A stretch of 64,000 nt of DNA from Octopus vulgaris (taxonomy: Eukaryota), in contig OX597841.1 of the NCBI GenBank assembly GCA_951406725.2, forward strand, positions 11,904,001-11,968,000, given 5' to 3'. Below the pieces are notes generated by a model. That model did not search any database and was not told where the DNA came from. It worked only from the letters and a program-made list of their open reading frames with translations. This document shows positions 12,813 through 25,711 of this stretch, one piece after another (the stretch's first letter is position 1; each line of letters begins with the position of its first letter). The translations under genes and the position numbers were made by a program.

Positions 12813-13953
12813 CTGGAAATAAAAGAGAGAATGTGAGGGAGTTTAAGACAAACCTTTGGTACAGTCATACGAACAGGGCTTGTCCCTAATTCTTCTGGGT
12901 GTCGACCCCAGATCAAGCATCTGCCCATCCTTACACCTGTTTCTCATCCCTAACATCCACGGGACTTTTCAGCTGCTGTTACCACCTGAGAGCTAACCCC
13001 CCCCCCCCCAACACACATTGCATCCTGCCTCCTTCTGGTTACCTCCATCCCTCCTTCCTTACCCACATTAGGATCCCTACCAAAACACTCTTCCTACAAC
13101 TCACCTCCCTCATTTTCCATCATTCTCAATGCCCCCTTCCTTCCCTTCCCCCCCTTATGCCCCTACCCGCATCTCCCTCCTCCTACACCTTGCACATTAT
13201 TCTGGTTTCTCCTCCTCCCGCAACCACTCCGCTATCTCACCTCACCCCCTCTCCATTTCCTTCAATCGAACCCCTCCCACCCCCATCTTTTTACCACCTG
13301 TTACACCCACCCACCCGCATCACATCTTATGAAAGCATTCCCTCTCTCCTCCCATGACCCACTCTCCGTATCCTTCTTGTACCTTGACTGTTTGCTTCGG
13401 CACCCCATCACATCTTTTCTTGTATCTTTTCATCTGCTCCTGCCCATCCCTATATATAAAAAGGGGCTAGCCATGTATTTCCTCTATAACATCTCTTGTC
13501 CCTCTATCTTACTTCAGCCTTTCAACATTCAGCATAAACCCTAACCCCTCTCAAATACTTGCCATTTAGCCTAGGCAAGATTTAGTGGTTTGCCCCATCT
13601 GAAAGGACTAGACTTTCAACAGCAGATGAGATGGACCCATCCATTACAACGACAACAACAACAACATGGAAAATGGGAGTAGAACGAGGAGGATGGTGAT
13701 GGTGTGAGGGTCAGATCTAATTGTTTGCCTCACTTCATCATCACCTTCCATGCTGGCATGGGTGGGACGATTTGACAGGAGCTGGCCAGGCGGAAGCCTG
13801 CATCAGACTTCTCTGTCTGTTTTGGCAGGGATTTTACAGCTGGACGCCTTACCTAACACCAATCACTCAGCAGAGTGGTCAATACATTTCATATCGATCT
13901 AAGTTAGGCTCTACTACTACAACAACAACAACAACAACAGCAACAACACTCAC

Positions 13954-14126
13954 CTGTAGCAGGAAGTTTGATGTTTTCATCAAGACCAATTTTGTAAGCA
14001 AACTTTTCATCCGTCTGCTTTCGTTTGCTGCCCCCCTGGGACAGGTGTCTCTTCCAGACATGCATCAAGACCAATGTCCATAGATGGCTGACCACTAATA
14101 TAAGGACATGCAGCACAGTGGTGACA
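13954..14126 (-). CDS. DNAJC14: DNAJC14 coding exon 3 (VTTVLHVLILVVSHLWTLVLMHVWKRH...GLDENIKLPAT)
   Basis: cctccag| and |gtgagt, 173 nt, phase 2/1; hydrophobic membrane segment followed by GLDENIKLPATG. Confidence 0.9.
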
Positions 14127-14290
14127 CTGGAGGATAAGAGAGAGAGAGAAAAAGAGAAAAAGAGAAAGAGAGATCATAATCATCACCACCAACACCATCA
14201 TCATCAACGGTCAGTATGGTGTTGAGTCACTTGACCAATGAAGCACATGCAATAGATCATGTGAGTCAGAGCTAATCTGGAGCTGCAACC

Positions 14291-14328
<38 letters not shown>

Positions 14329-15749
14329 GAGATACAAGACCATTACATAAGAACTTTACTGACAGAATCACATGCATTTGCCGCCACCACAAAACTGGCG
14401 AACTCATCGAGAAAGCATCACAAGTAGGCAACTGATATTCCTCTGCCTTCTTACATTATATCCACATTTTAAGCATGATGTACAGCAACGGCCCTCAACC
14501 AGGGCCCACAACAAAATAGCAAATTTTAAGGTCTCCTGAAAAAATTTTGCTTTAGCTGTATGTATTGCAAGACACGACAAGAAATAGAATTTTAAAGGAT
14601 GACATTTCCATTTGCTTAAATGCAACCAAAACGATGGATTTTTGAAACGAACGATGGATTTTTGGCAACAAAGTGGTATTGAAAAGATCCTGAAGACAAT
14701 AAAATAAACCACTTTTAATTAGTCCAAGAAACATTCCTTGTGTGAAGAAGGTGTCGCTCTGTATTTGGTGGGGTTGAAAGGGTTTTATGTATTATGAGCT
14801 CTTTCTTACAAAGGGCTCTTATGTAGAAATCAGATAAATATTGTGTACAATTAAGCAGATTAAAAGTGGTAATCGATGAAAAACTTCCAGAATTGCTCAA
14901 TCAAAAGGGTGTTGTTTTGCTTCAAGACAACGCTAGGCCCTGTGTTTCCTAGCAGACTCGGCAGAAATTGGTGCAGCTTGACCGGAATGCCCTTCAACAG
15001 CAACTGTATTCACCTGGACTAGTACGTTCAGATTTCAATATAGTTTGATCCCTTATCAATTCCAATTCTTTGGAATAGTGTAAAAATTTTACGCAGTTCA
15101 ACCTACACAAGTTAAAACATTAATAAACTACATCATCATCATCCTCGTTTAGCGTCCGCTTTCCATGCTAGCATGGGTTGGACGGTTCAACTGGTGTCTG
15201 GGAAGCCAGGAGGCTGCACCAGGACCAGTCTGATCTGGCAATGTTTCTACGGCTGGATGCCCTTCCTGACGCCAACCACTCCGTGAGTGTAGTGGGTGCT
15301 TTTTTCGTGCCACCGGCACGGGGGCCAGACAAGGCTGGCACACGGCCACGATCGGATGGTGCTCTTTACGTGCCACCAGGCAAGGCTGGCAACGGCCACA
15401 ATCGGATGGTGCTTTTTACGTGCCACCGGCACGAGGCCAGTCGGAGTGGCGCTGGCAACGGCCACGTTCGGATGGTTCTCTTACAAACCACCGGCACTGG
15501 TATCACAGCTGCAATTTCCATTGATGTTGATCGACTTCGATTTTGATTGCTATAAAACTAGTTTTTAAACATCAGATGGGTATGAGGGTCCACCGAAACA
15601 AAACAGCAATCAAAGGGGCCCATAAATAAAAAAATGGTTGAGTACCCCTGACGCACAGAATGTTATACAATTCAAATTCTTAGTCTGTTGCAGTTGTCTC
15701 CCCTGTTCTTTATGAATTGGAAATAATAACCACCAGGGTACACTAGACA

Positions 15750-15967
15750 TTACTCTTTTACTCTTTTACTTGTTTCAGTCATTTGACTGCGGCCATGCTG
15801 GAGCACCACCTTTAATCAAGCAAATCAACCCCAGGACTTATTCTTTTGTAAGCCTAGTACTTATTCTATCGGTCTCTATTGCCGAACCGCTAAGTTACGG
15901 GGACGTAAACGCACCAGCATCGGTTGTCAAGCAATGCTAGGGGGACAAACACAGACACACAAACACA

Positions 15968-16008
<41 letters not shown>

Positions 16009-16735
16009 TCATATATACGACAGGCTTCTTTCAGTTTCTGTCTACCAAATCCACTCACAAGGCATTGGTCGGCCCGGAGCTATAGTAGAAGACACTTGCC
16101 CAAGGTGCCACGCAGTGGGACTGAACCCGCAACCATGTGGTTGGTAGGCAAGCTACTTACCACACAGCCACTCTAGCGCCTGCATATTATTTCCTAAACT
16201 ATTGAGGAAATGTCGTTTCAATTTTTGCTTTCTGGGTGCTGCCAATCTCTTCCCTTATTAACCAACAATATGGAACTGGTCTTTTTGAGTTATTCCCCTT
16301 AGAACAATAAAACACAGGAGTGGCTGTGTGGTAAGTAGCTTGCTAACCAACCACATGGTTCTGGGTTCAGTCCCACTGTGTGGCATCTTGGGCAAGTGTC
16401 TTCTGCTATAGCCCCGGGCCGACCAATGCCTTGTGAGTGGATTTGGTAGACGGAAACTGAAAGAAACCTGTCGTATATATGTATATATATATATATATAT
16501 GTGTGTATGTGTATTTGTGTGTCTGTGTTTGTCCCCCTAGCATTTCTTGACAACCGATGCTGGTGTGTTTACGTCCCCGTCACTCAGCGGTTCGGCAAAA
16601 GAGACCGATAGAATAAGTACTGGGCTTACAAAGAATAAGTCCCAGGGGCCGATTTGCTCGACTAAAAAGGCGGTGCTCCAGCATGGCCGCAGTCAAATGA
16701 CTGAAACAATTAAAAGAGTAAAAGAGAGTAAAGAG
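15750..16735. mobile_element. Two divergently oriented SINE family A copies (15750-16182 minus; 16312-16735 plus)
   Basis: Both match 12300-12722. Confidence 0.88.
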
Positions 16736-16781
16736 AGAGAAGATGGTGACGTGCAGACAGAGAGACAATCAGAGTACTTAC

Positions 16782-16875
16782 ATAGCCAATAGTAAGACCA
16801 TCGTAGTGACAGACAGAGTCCACAGTTGCTGGCCCAGCCAATAGAGTTTCTCATTAAATAATTTGGACATTTTAG
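16782..16875 (-). CDS. DNAJC14: DNAJC14 coding exon 2 (AKMSKLFNEKLYWLGQQLWTLSVTTMVLLLAI)
   Basis: Strong polypyrimidine tract plus cag|, |gtaagt, 94 nt; phase 1/2 exactly bridges the big exon (ends phase 1) and exon 3 (starts phase 2) with an open frame. Confidence 0.87.
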
Positions 16876-16938
16876 CTGAGAGAGAAAAAAAGAAATAATT
16901 AGCGGTTGCATTAGACTGATCTATAATCAACTGACCCG

Positions 16939-18541
16939 TTTAACCCTTTTGTTACTGTATTTATTTTGAGATGCTCTGTGTTTCTTTCAATTACTTTAAA
17001 TATAACAAAGAATTTAGTAAAATAACTTAGTCATCATTCAGCCAGTGTTAGGAACATAAATTGTGACTACGGTTTGGTGGAAGATTTTAATTCAGAACTT
17101 ATGAAAACAAGACATTTGTACTACAGAGACAGAAGTGGTTTCAACCAGGTTGGTACCAAAAAGGGTTCAGAATTGTTTCTCTATTATATATTTCAACCCT
17201 TTTGTTACCATATTTCTGTTTTGAGATGCTCTGTGTTTCTTTCAATTACTTTAAATATAACAAAGAATTTAGTAAAATAACTTAATTATCATTCAGCTAG
17301 TGTTAGGAACATAAACTATGATTAAGGTTTGGTGGAAGATTTTAATTCAGAACTTATGAAAACAAGACATTTGTACTACAGAGACAGAAGTGGTTTCAAC
17401 CAGGTTGGTATTGAAAGGGTTAAAAACATCTCTACATTTGGGCAGATGGACATTAGAAGCAGTTGAAAGGGTGTGGATTGAAGGAAATTTAGGCTATTAT
17501 TTCTAGCATATAGAGTGACCACATTGAGGTCTCCTTCTCTCATGTTTTCTGCTGATTATTTTTCTTCTTAACCCTTTCGTTACTGCATTTATTTTGAGAT
17601 GCTCTGTGTTTCTTCCAATTATTTTAAATATAACAAAGAATTTACTAAAATAACTTAGTTATCATTCAGCTAGTGTTAGGAACATAAATTGTGACTAAAG
17701 TTTGAGGGAGAGTTTAATTCAAAACTTATAGAAACAAGACATTTTACCACAGAGCCAGAGGCAGTTTCAGTCAGATTGGTATCGAAAGGGTAAAGAATTG
17801 TTTCTCTATTATATATATTTTAACCCTTTTGTTACCATATTTCTTTTGAGATGCTCTGTGTTTCTTTCAATTACTTTAAATATAATAAAGAATTTAGTAA
17901 AATATCTTAGTTATCATTCAGCTAGTGTTAGGACCATAAATTGTGACTAAGGTTTGGTGGAAGATTTTAATTCAAAACTTATGAAAACAAGATATTTGTA
18001 CTACAGAGCCAGAGGTGGTTTTAACCAGGTTGGTACCAAAAAGGGTTCAGAATTGTTTCTCTATTATATATTTCAACCCTTTTGTTACCATATTTCTGTT
18101 GAGATGCTCTGTGCTTTTTTCAATTATTTTAAATATAACACAGACTTTAGTAAAATAACTTGGTTATCATTTAGCTAGTGTTAGGAACATAAATTGTGAC
18201 TAAGGTTTGGTGGAAGATTTTAATTCAAAACTTATGAAAACAAGACATTTGTATTAAGAATCAGAGCCGGTTTCAGCCGGGTTGGTAACGAAAGGGTTAA
18301 TCTATTTCTCATTAACCCTTTAGTGTTCGCATTATTCTGCCAAAATTAATCCTTTTTTATCCACATTGTCTTGAACTAATCAGGCATTATCTTGTAGCTA
18401 TGAGATTCTGATGAGGTAGCTGTTAATTTTTAAAACGACATTGTAGGGTTGGTGTGAGAGACCAGATCTGGTCAGTTTTAACATAAAACAGGCAGAATAC
18501 CTTTTGGCCGGATATGGCCAGTTTAAATGCTAAAGGGTTAA
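16939..18541. mobile_element. Cluster of piggyBac-type MITEs (~230 bp, tandem) plus a second MITE at 18313-18541
   Basis: TTAA|CCCTTT....AAAGGG|TTAA termini repeated; same family at 37284-37972. Confidence 0.8.
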
Positions 18542-18715
18542 ACAACCTAATCCTCACCACCACCCCCTCATCATTCCAATCACAAAAGATTGGCCACAGA
18601 AAAGGTGATCACAGTGGCAGTGCTCCAGCATGGTCAAAGCCACTGAGCTAAAACGGATAAAAGACTATATAGAGGACTCCCTCTCTCAGGGTAAAAGACA
18701 GACTGTATGATGCTT

Positions 18716-19103
18716 TTGTTTTGCCTTTCATCCTTTCGGGGTCGATTAAATTAAGTACCAGTTACGCACTGGGGTCGATATATATTTCTTTACTACCCAC
18801 AAGGGGCTAAACACAGAGGGGACAAGCAAGGACAGACAAAGGGATTAAGTCGACTACATCGACACCAGTGCGTAACTGGTACTTAATTTATCGACCCCGA
18901 AAGGATGAAAGGCAAAGTCGACCTTGGCGGAATTTGAACTCGGAACGTAACGGCAGACGAAATACGGCAACGCATTTCGCCCGGCATGCTAACGTTTCTA
19001 CCAGCTCGCCGCCTTTTTTGGGGTCGATATAATCGACTTAATCCGTTTGTCAGTCCTTGTTTGTCCTCTCTGTGTTTAGCCCCTTGTGGGTAGTAAAGAA
19101 ATA
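18716..19103. mobile_element. SINE family D: minus-strand copy 18783-19012 nested in a plus-strand copy
   Basis: gagttcaaattcc B box followed by ggtcgac(c)ttgcctttcatcctttcggggtcgataaattaagtacc (resembles the Meta domain, inferred); degenerate copy at 36915-37120. Confidence 0.65.
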
Positions 19104-19937
19104 GGTTGTATTCCATGATAATGAGGCATGAGCCCAGAATGCAGAAGACGTAGGATAAACTAGAGAGACATGGAATCTAGGATGCTCTGATGGATGTGCA
19201 ACATCAGTGTGCATGTGCAACAAAGCACAGAAGTGCTGACAGAAAAGTTGGACAACTGCAGTATGCAAGAGAGAGGACAGCTGCATGAAGAAGTGCCAAT
19301 CACTTAAAGTAGAGGACCCCTGTTGAAGAGGGAAACCCAGCAAGAGATGTGATTTTGTGGTGAGGGCCGATCTCAGGATGAAATGGGCCCCATGGAAGAG
19401 ATGTCCAGGACGACTGGTAATATAAGATTCTTGAGAAGACCCACTCATTTCAGCAAAACCGAGTTCTGGAAGCACTGTGTGTTCCACCCACATGTAACAA
19501 TACAATGTTTAGCCTATCTCTCTCTCTCTGATGACAGTGTGCTTGGCCTATGGTGTCCTCACCCGACACGATGTTCCAATAGCTGGGACATTCTAGAAAC
19601 CTTTTATTATATCAGAAAATTAAATGTCTTCATCAAGTCTTGCCAAACCGTTTGCCTTTTCTTTTCTGTTTTAATGTATAGCTATACTGACTCAAGGGGA
19701 AGCGACTTCCAGCCGCTTTGGACAAAGCAGTCACAAAATCACACCTGGAATTTTAGTGGCATAAAGATTTGAGCCTTTAGAGTGCATAGCTATTGGCTGG
19801 AGTCAACCTGATTGACGAAAACTCCTAGTATCCTTTATATATATATGTGTATGTGTATGTATATATAATATATATTTAATTTTTTAAAAATTTTATCTAG
19901 TTTCAGCTCACGAGCTGTGGCCATGCTGGGGCACCGC

Positions 19938-20019
<82 letters not shown>

Positions 20020-20234
20020 GTATAAAAACATGAACAGGTACAATGAGAGAGAGAAAGATAGACAGACAGACAGAGAGAGCATGTAGAGAAAATGAGAAAA
20101 GACGAAAAACAAAAGATGCCAGAAAGTTGAGTGGTGGGCATGGATGGAAGGGAGTTTAATGTTGGAGAGACGTGAGAAGGGGTGAGGGAGGGAGGGAGGG
20201 AGGGGATGAAAGAGATATAAAGTGTAAAACTTAC

Positions 20235-23200
20235 CGAAAGATGGATAATCAATGCCAAAGAGTAGTCGAGAATGTTGGTGGTGATGATGATGCAGATGAT
20301 GATGATGGTGGTGGTGTCGGTACGTGCCCTTGTTCCTTGACCTTCCGCCGGACGTCGACTGCGATGATCTGGCACCAAACATATAGGAAGAGTAGTCATT
20401 CGAACCATTCCCACCATCACCACCAGCACCACCACTACCACCACCGCCGTCGTCGTTGTTGTTGTTGTTGTTACTGTAGCTACTACTACCACCACTGTTG
20501 GTTCTACTCCCACCTCCGCTGCTGCCTCCGGTTCCTCCTCTACCACCACCACCAGCACCACCACCACCGCCGCCGCTGCTGCTGCCGCCGCCGCCGCCAC
20601 CGCTACCAGCGCCGCCGCCGCCACCACCACCACTACTACCAGCGCCGCCGCCGTTGCCGTTGTCTCCGCCACCAGCGCCATCATCCAGCCTTCCTGATTT
20701 ACCTCCGCTCCGACTATTATTGCTGTAACTGCCACCACCACCACCACCGCCGCCGCCACCACTACTACAGCTACTCACGTTCGGGTGGCTATGTTTACCA
20801 TGGACAACATTATCATTATTATTCTTGCAGTGAGTATTACCATTGTGATCATTATGATTATTATTATTAGCATTGTTATTACGATTATTATTTCTATTAT
20901 TATTATAATTATTAGTGTTATTATTATTATTAATATTATTGCTACTGTTGTTTGCGTAAGCGGGATGCTGGTTAGGCAGCGCATCCGTGGAACAGGCAGT
21001 GGTGTTGGTGCACTTCTTGAAGTGATGCAGGTCGTTATTGATGTACCCCAGGGACTGCCTGTGCTGCCACCTACCCTGGGACCGCGACGGCATTCCGTTG
21101 TTTAGTATGTTCGGCGACGGAGTGCTCCGCCGCCTCATGCCGCCCTCACCACCACCACCACCATCAGCCAACGGAGACTCCGGCAGCTGTTTCCGTTGGC
21201 GACGGTGGCTGCTCTGTCCATCTTCCGTGCATTTGGAGCCATCCAGGCTACACTTGGGTGGATGCTGCTGCTGTTGCTGGGGGAGGTGCCACGACCCAGC
21301 AGCAAAGGGTGGGGAAGCAGGAGAGGGATTAGTAAGGGGACTGTGGTGTGACGATGACGACGACGATGCTGGTGATGATGACGCTGGCGTTGATACTGCA
21401 GCTGAGGAAGATGGTGATGAAGAAAAGAAAGCAGGAGATAGTGGAGGAGGTGAAGGAGGAGGAGGAACGGCTGCTGTAGTGAAGTTCTTCTTCTTCTTCC
21501 TGCTGCTGCGAGAGGATTTGTTGCTTGGCTTACCCTGGCAACAACTGTCTGACCTCTCGTACAAAGGCGACGCCCTATTCTCTCGCTCTACATCGCCGCC
21601 GCCGCCAACACTGGTATCATAACTGTCACCGCATACTGTGGTTCTATCTTTTCTGGTGGTGGATGCTGCTGTTGTTGTTGTTGTTAAGCCCATTGCATTC
21701 TCATACGCGGGGACATTCGCAAAGGAAGCAGATTTTCTCCCACTGTCAATACTGCCGTGAGCCCTGCTATCGACGGGGTTCGCAGAGAACATTGCAGTCG
21801 GATTTGGTTGCGAAGAAAGGGAAACACCTAAGCCCGATGTCGACAGGGGTACACTAAAACTGGATGTTGAGAGGCACGCACCGATGCCAGGCACAGACGG
21901 GGGGCTCATACCAAAACCAGGCGCTGAGAGGGTTGCATGGAGGCCCGATGCAGAAAGGCTCGACGTAGAGGGAGAGAGTGATGCTGAGCTGAAGACAGGT
22001 GTTGCTTTCTGTCTCTCTTTGGCCAGCTTTGCTACCTGTGAATAGGTGCGTCTCGACGAACACACCTCTTCTTTGTTGCCGCAGTTACTACCCTGCTCTG
22101 ATGTCGGTGATGACAGCGACAGTGGGGGCAGAGGGGGTTTTGGTAAATTTGATGCTGGTGTTGGTGTTGCTGCTGCTGCTACTGATGGTGGTGATGGAGA
22201 TGGTACAGCACTATCAACAAGGAGCTCAGAGTAGACAAATTCATTGTTGTAAGTCCAAGAGTGGACACGAAGAGGTGGTGAAACCCCTGCAAAATCTGTT
22301 GACCTTCCATGTGGTTGACACTCTTCCTCCCGCATTCGTTGTTGTTGCTGCTGCTGTTCCCACAATTGCTGCTGCTGTTGTTGTTGATAATGCTGCTGTA
22401 GCACAGCATGGTCTTGTTGCTGCTGTTGCTGTTGCTGAAGAAACCGCAAATGCTGTTGTTGCTGCTGCTGTTGTTGTTGCTGTTGTTGTTGTAGTAACAG
22501 CTGGTGCAGTACGTACGCACGACTGGCTTCGGCAGACTTCCTCTCGCTGCCTATTGCACCCTTGGTGGACGACGACATGCAGTAAAGTGGGAGAGCGTCC
22601 CCGCAGTGAGGGGGCAGCGGCACCGGGGCTGAAAGGGACGGTGGCGGCGGCAGCGGTAACCGCGACACTGACAAAGGTAACGTCGGAGAGGAAGACGCAG
22701 GCAGAGTCGGAGGGATCACGACGGAGACGCCTCCAAGCTGTTCCCCACCATGACGTGGCTTAGAGCCAGGGACACTGCCAGTCATAGTGGTGGTGGTCAT
22801 GGTATGGAGGGGGGGAAGTTGAGCAAAGGCTTGTTGCATCTCTGCAATAGAAATGAATTCCTCGTCCTTGAAACCGTTCTGAAGGCAACAACTATCTCCA
22901 GCCTCGCTGCCAACAATGGCCCCACTACTAACGGGTTGCTCCAGCATGGACAAACTGCAACGAAGAGGACAACCCAAACCAGGTTGATGGTTCGTCATTT
23001 GGGCTTTGGTTAAGGTTTCACTGGAGACCAAGTTGAGGACAGGGTTGGCGGTGAGGCCGCAGATAGTCAGCAGGGGCGCCGCAGATGAAGCTGCTATTGT
23101 TGTCATGGCGACAGTCGTCAAGGAAGCTTCAGCCACTGTTGACGTCAACAAGGCATTTGTTGTTGTCGCTGTTGTTGTCAACGAGGCACTAATCGCCCTC

Positions 23201-23583
23201 GTCATGACAGATGAAGATGAGTGCGAAGGGACGGGAGTGTTTGCATCCGGGGAGCCTGCATTGGTGGGGTAACTGTGACAGCTGTATGTGGGTTGACCCA
23301 AGGGGAACAGAGACATAGTGCCACCAACACTTCTGAAACCAGCCCAGTTGATGTTGCTGTTGCTGTTGTTGCTATTACTACTAGTACTGCTGCTACTGGT
23401 CAAACTCTCGCTCTTGTCCGTACTCAGATCCCCACCACCGTCACCACCACCACCACCCCTGTCCAGGCAGTAGGTGTACTCCTCACGCAGGTGAGTATTC
23501 ACTGTGTACTCTTTGCCCGTTGCGCAATGTCCTCCAACACCGAACCTGAAGCCAGCATCCCTGTTGTTCACTGTGTCGACCAT
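20235..23583 (-). CDS. DNAJC14: DNAJC14 first coding exon (1116 codons, low-complexity N-terminus)
   Basis: ATG in perfect Kozak gccaccATGG with an upstream in-frame TGA; exon acceptor ttcctcag| at 23660; donor TTCG|gtaagt at 20235; phase joins the downstream J-domain exons. Confidence 0.88.
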
Positions 23584-23699
23584 GGTGGCAGGATTACTGG
23601 AGTTTCATGGCCGGATGATGAAGAAAATAAAAACGGCCTGGCAAAATGTCTTCAATAAACCTGAGGAAAAAAAGAAAAAAATTCATTATAATACACATA

Positions 23700-23859
23700 C
23701 GCAGGAGTGGCTGTGTGGTAAGTAGCTTGTTTACGAACCACATGGTTCCGGGTTCAGTCCCACTGCGTGGCACCTTGGGTAAGTGTCTTCCACTATAGCC
23801 TCGGGCCGACCAAAGCCTTGTGAGTGGATTTGGTAGACGGAAACTGAAAGAAGCTCATC

Positions 23860-23910
<51 letters not shown>

Positions 23911-24318
23911 TGTAGGAGTGACTGTGTGGTAAGTAGCTTGCTAACCAACCACATGGTTCCGGGTTCAGTCCCACTGCGTGGCACCTCGGGCAAGTGTCTT
24001 CTACTATAGCCTCGGGCCGACCAAAGCCTTGTGAGTGCATTTGGTAGACGGAAACTGAAAGAAGCCCATCGTATATATATAAATATATATATATATGTAT
24101 GTATGTGCGTGTATGTTTATGTGTCTGTGTTTGTCCCCCTAGCATTGTTTGACAACCGATGCTGCTGTGTTTACGTCCCCGTAACTTAGCGGTTCGGCAA
24201 AAGAGACCAATAGAATAAGTACTGGGCTTACAAAGAATAAGTCCCGGGGTCGAGTTGCTCGATTAAAGGTGGTGCACCAGCATGGCCGCAGTCAAAATGA
24301 CTGAAACAAGTAAAAAGA
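23700..24318 (+). mobile_element. SINE family A with duplicated 5' half
   Basis: Head plus core at 23700-23862 and again at 23908-24070, separated by (TA)n; an opposite-strand copy follows at 24470-24845. Confidence 0.85.
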
Positions 24319-25290
24319 GCTAAAAAAACAGAGAATATATTAGAAGGATATCCAGCGTTGTCCTGAAAACGAAGCACTCATCTGTTAGCCAGTGATTTGA
24401 ACTCAAATCTTTGAGGCTCTGCATAAGATTACTATTTCAGACACATTATATTATTTATGACATTTGTTATTTTACTTTACTCTTTTACTTGTTTCAGTCA
24501 TGTGACTGTGGCCATGCTGGAGCACCGCCTTTAGTCGACCCCAGGACTTATTCTTTGTAAACCTAGTACTTATTTTATCAGGCTCTTTTTTGCCGAACCG
24601 CTAAGTTATGGGGACGTAAACACACCAGATGTTGGGGGAACAAACACAGACACACAAACATGCACATACATATATATATACGACAGGCTTCTTTCAGTTT
24701 CCGTCTACCAAATACACTCACAAGGCTTTGGTCGGCCCGAGGCTATAGTAGAAGACACTTGCCCAAGGTGCCACGCAGTGGGACTGAACCCGGAACCATG
24801 TGGTAGGTAAGCAAGCTACTTACCACACAGCCACTCCTACGCCTATGAACAATTTATTTACTTTTCAATAACTGCCTTCCTAAAAGGGAAGGCAAACATT
24901 ATATAAATATATATATGTATATAATGTAAAGTATAGAAGCCATCTCAATATGGCTAACCACAAAGGAGGGGGATTTACTGTAGCTTTCTAGCCCCAGGAG
25001 ATCATCGTCTCCAGCTGGCTTTAGACACACTTTCTGTGCCGAAAGTGTGTCTAAAGCCAGCTGGAGACGATGATCTCCTGGGGCTAAAAAGCTACAGTAA
25101 CACCCCACCAACACTTTGTGGTTAGCCATATTGAGATGGCTTTTATACTTTACATTGTCGAGTGGTTACTGTTTACATCTCGTTCTGAGATTTAATAATG
25201 CTTACAGTCAGTTTTTCGAAATCAGTGGCAGACGTCACTAGAAAAACTCTTATATATTTGCAGGGAGGCCTTCTCTTTCATCGTGACCTG

Positions 25291-25348
25291 GTGATTACCG
25301 CCCGTTGATAAGAGACAATAATCTCGAAACCGGTCCGGTCCGTATCAC
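25291..25348 (+). ncRNA. Type I hammerhead ribozyme, U3-A8 variant (copy 1)
   Basis: gtga-t-tac-cgc-ccg TTGATAA gaga-caataa-tctc GAAAC cg GTC cgg-tcc-gta-tcac; bulged stem I, palindromic ACCGGT stem III; predicted cut after 25335. Confidence 0.8.
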
Positions 25349-25648
25349 TCAGGCTTACAAGGAAGGGATGGCCTCCTTTTGCAAATACTTTAAGGGCACA
25401 GAAAGTGTCTAAAGCCAGCTGGAGACGATGATCTCCTGGGGCTAAAAAGCTACAGTAACACCCCAGCAACACTTTGTGGTTAGCCATATTGAGATGGCTT
25501 TTCTACTTTACGTTGTCGAGTGGTTACTGTTTACATCTCGTTCTGAGATTTAATAATGCTTACAGTCAGTTTTTCGAAATCAGTGGCAGACGTCACTAGA
25601 AAAACTCTTATATATTTGCAGGGAGGCCTTCTCTTTCATCGTGACCTG

Positions 25649-25711
25649 GTGATTACCGCCCGTTGATAAGAGACAATAATCTCGAAACCGGTCCGGTCCG
25701 GTCCGTATCAC
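25649..25711 (+). ncRNA. Type I hammerhead ribozyme, U3-A8 variant (copy 2)
   Basis: Identical core, with an extra ccggt in the stem I bulge; predicted cut after 25693. Confidence 0.78.

Noticed and set aside
14404-14712. Minus-strand ORF with acceptor-like cttcag as an extra DNAJC14 exon
   Set aside because: Exons 16782-16875 and 13954-14126 already join in frame; no donor with the required phase found and no recognisable homology
19563-19744. Exon-like segment (ccag|...|gtgagg) in the DNAJC14 intron
   Set aside because: Stop codons in the needed frame from every acceptor tried; could only be a poison exon, with no supporting evidence
19942-20234. C-terminal part of the 1213-aa ORF
   Set aside because: Read-through past the gtaagt donor at 20234 into intron and (TA)n
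20172-23725. Plus-strand ORFs overlapping the large DNAJC14 exon
   Set aside because: Antisense shadows of GC- and triplet-rich coding sequence; no splice or homology support
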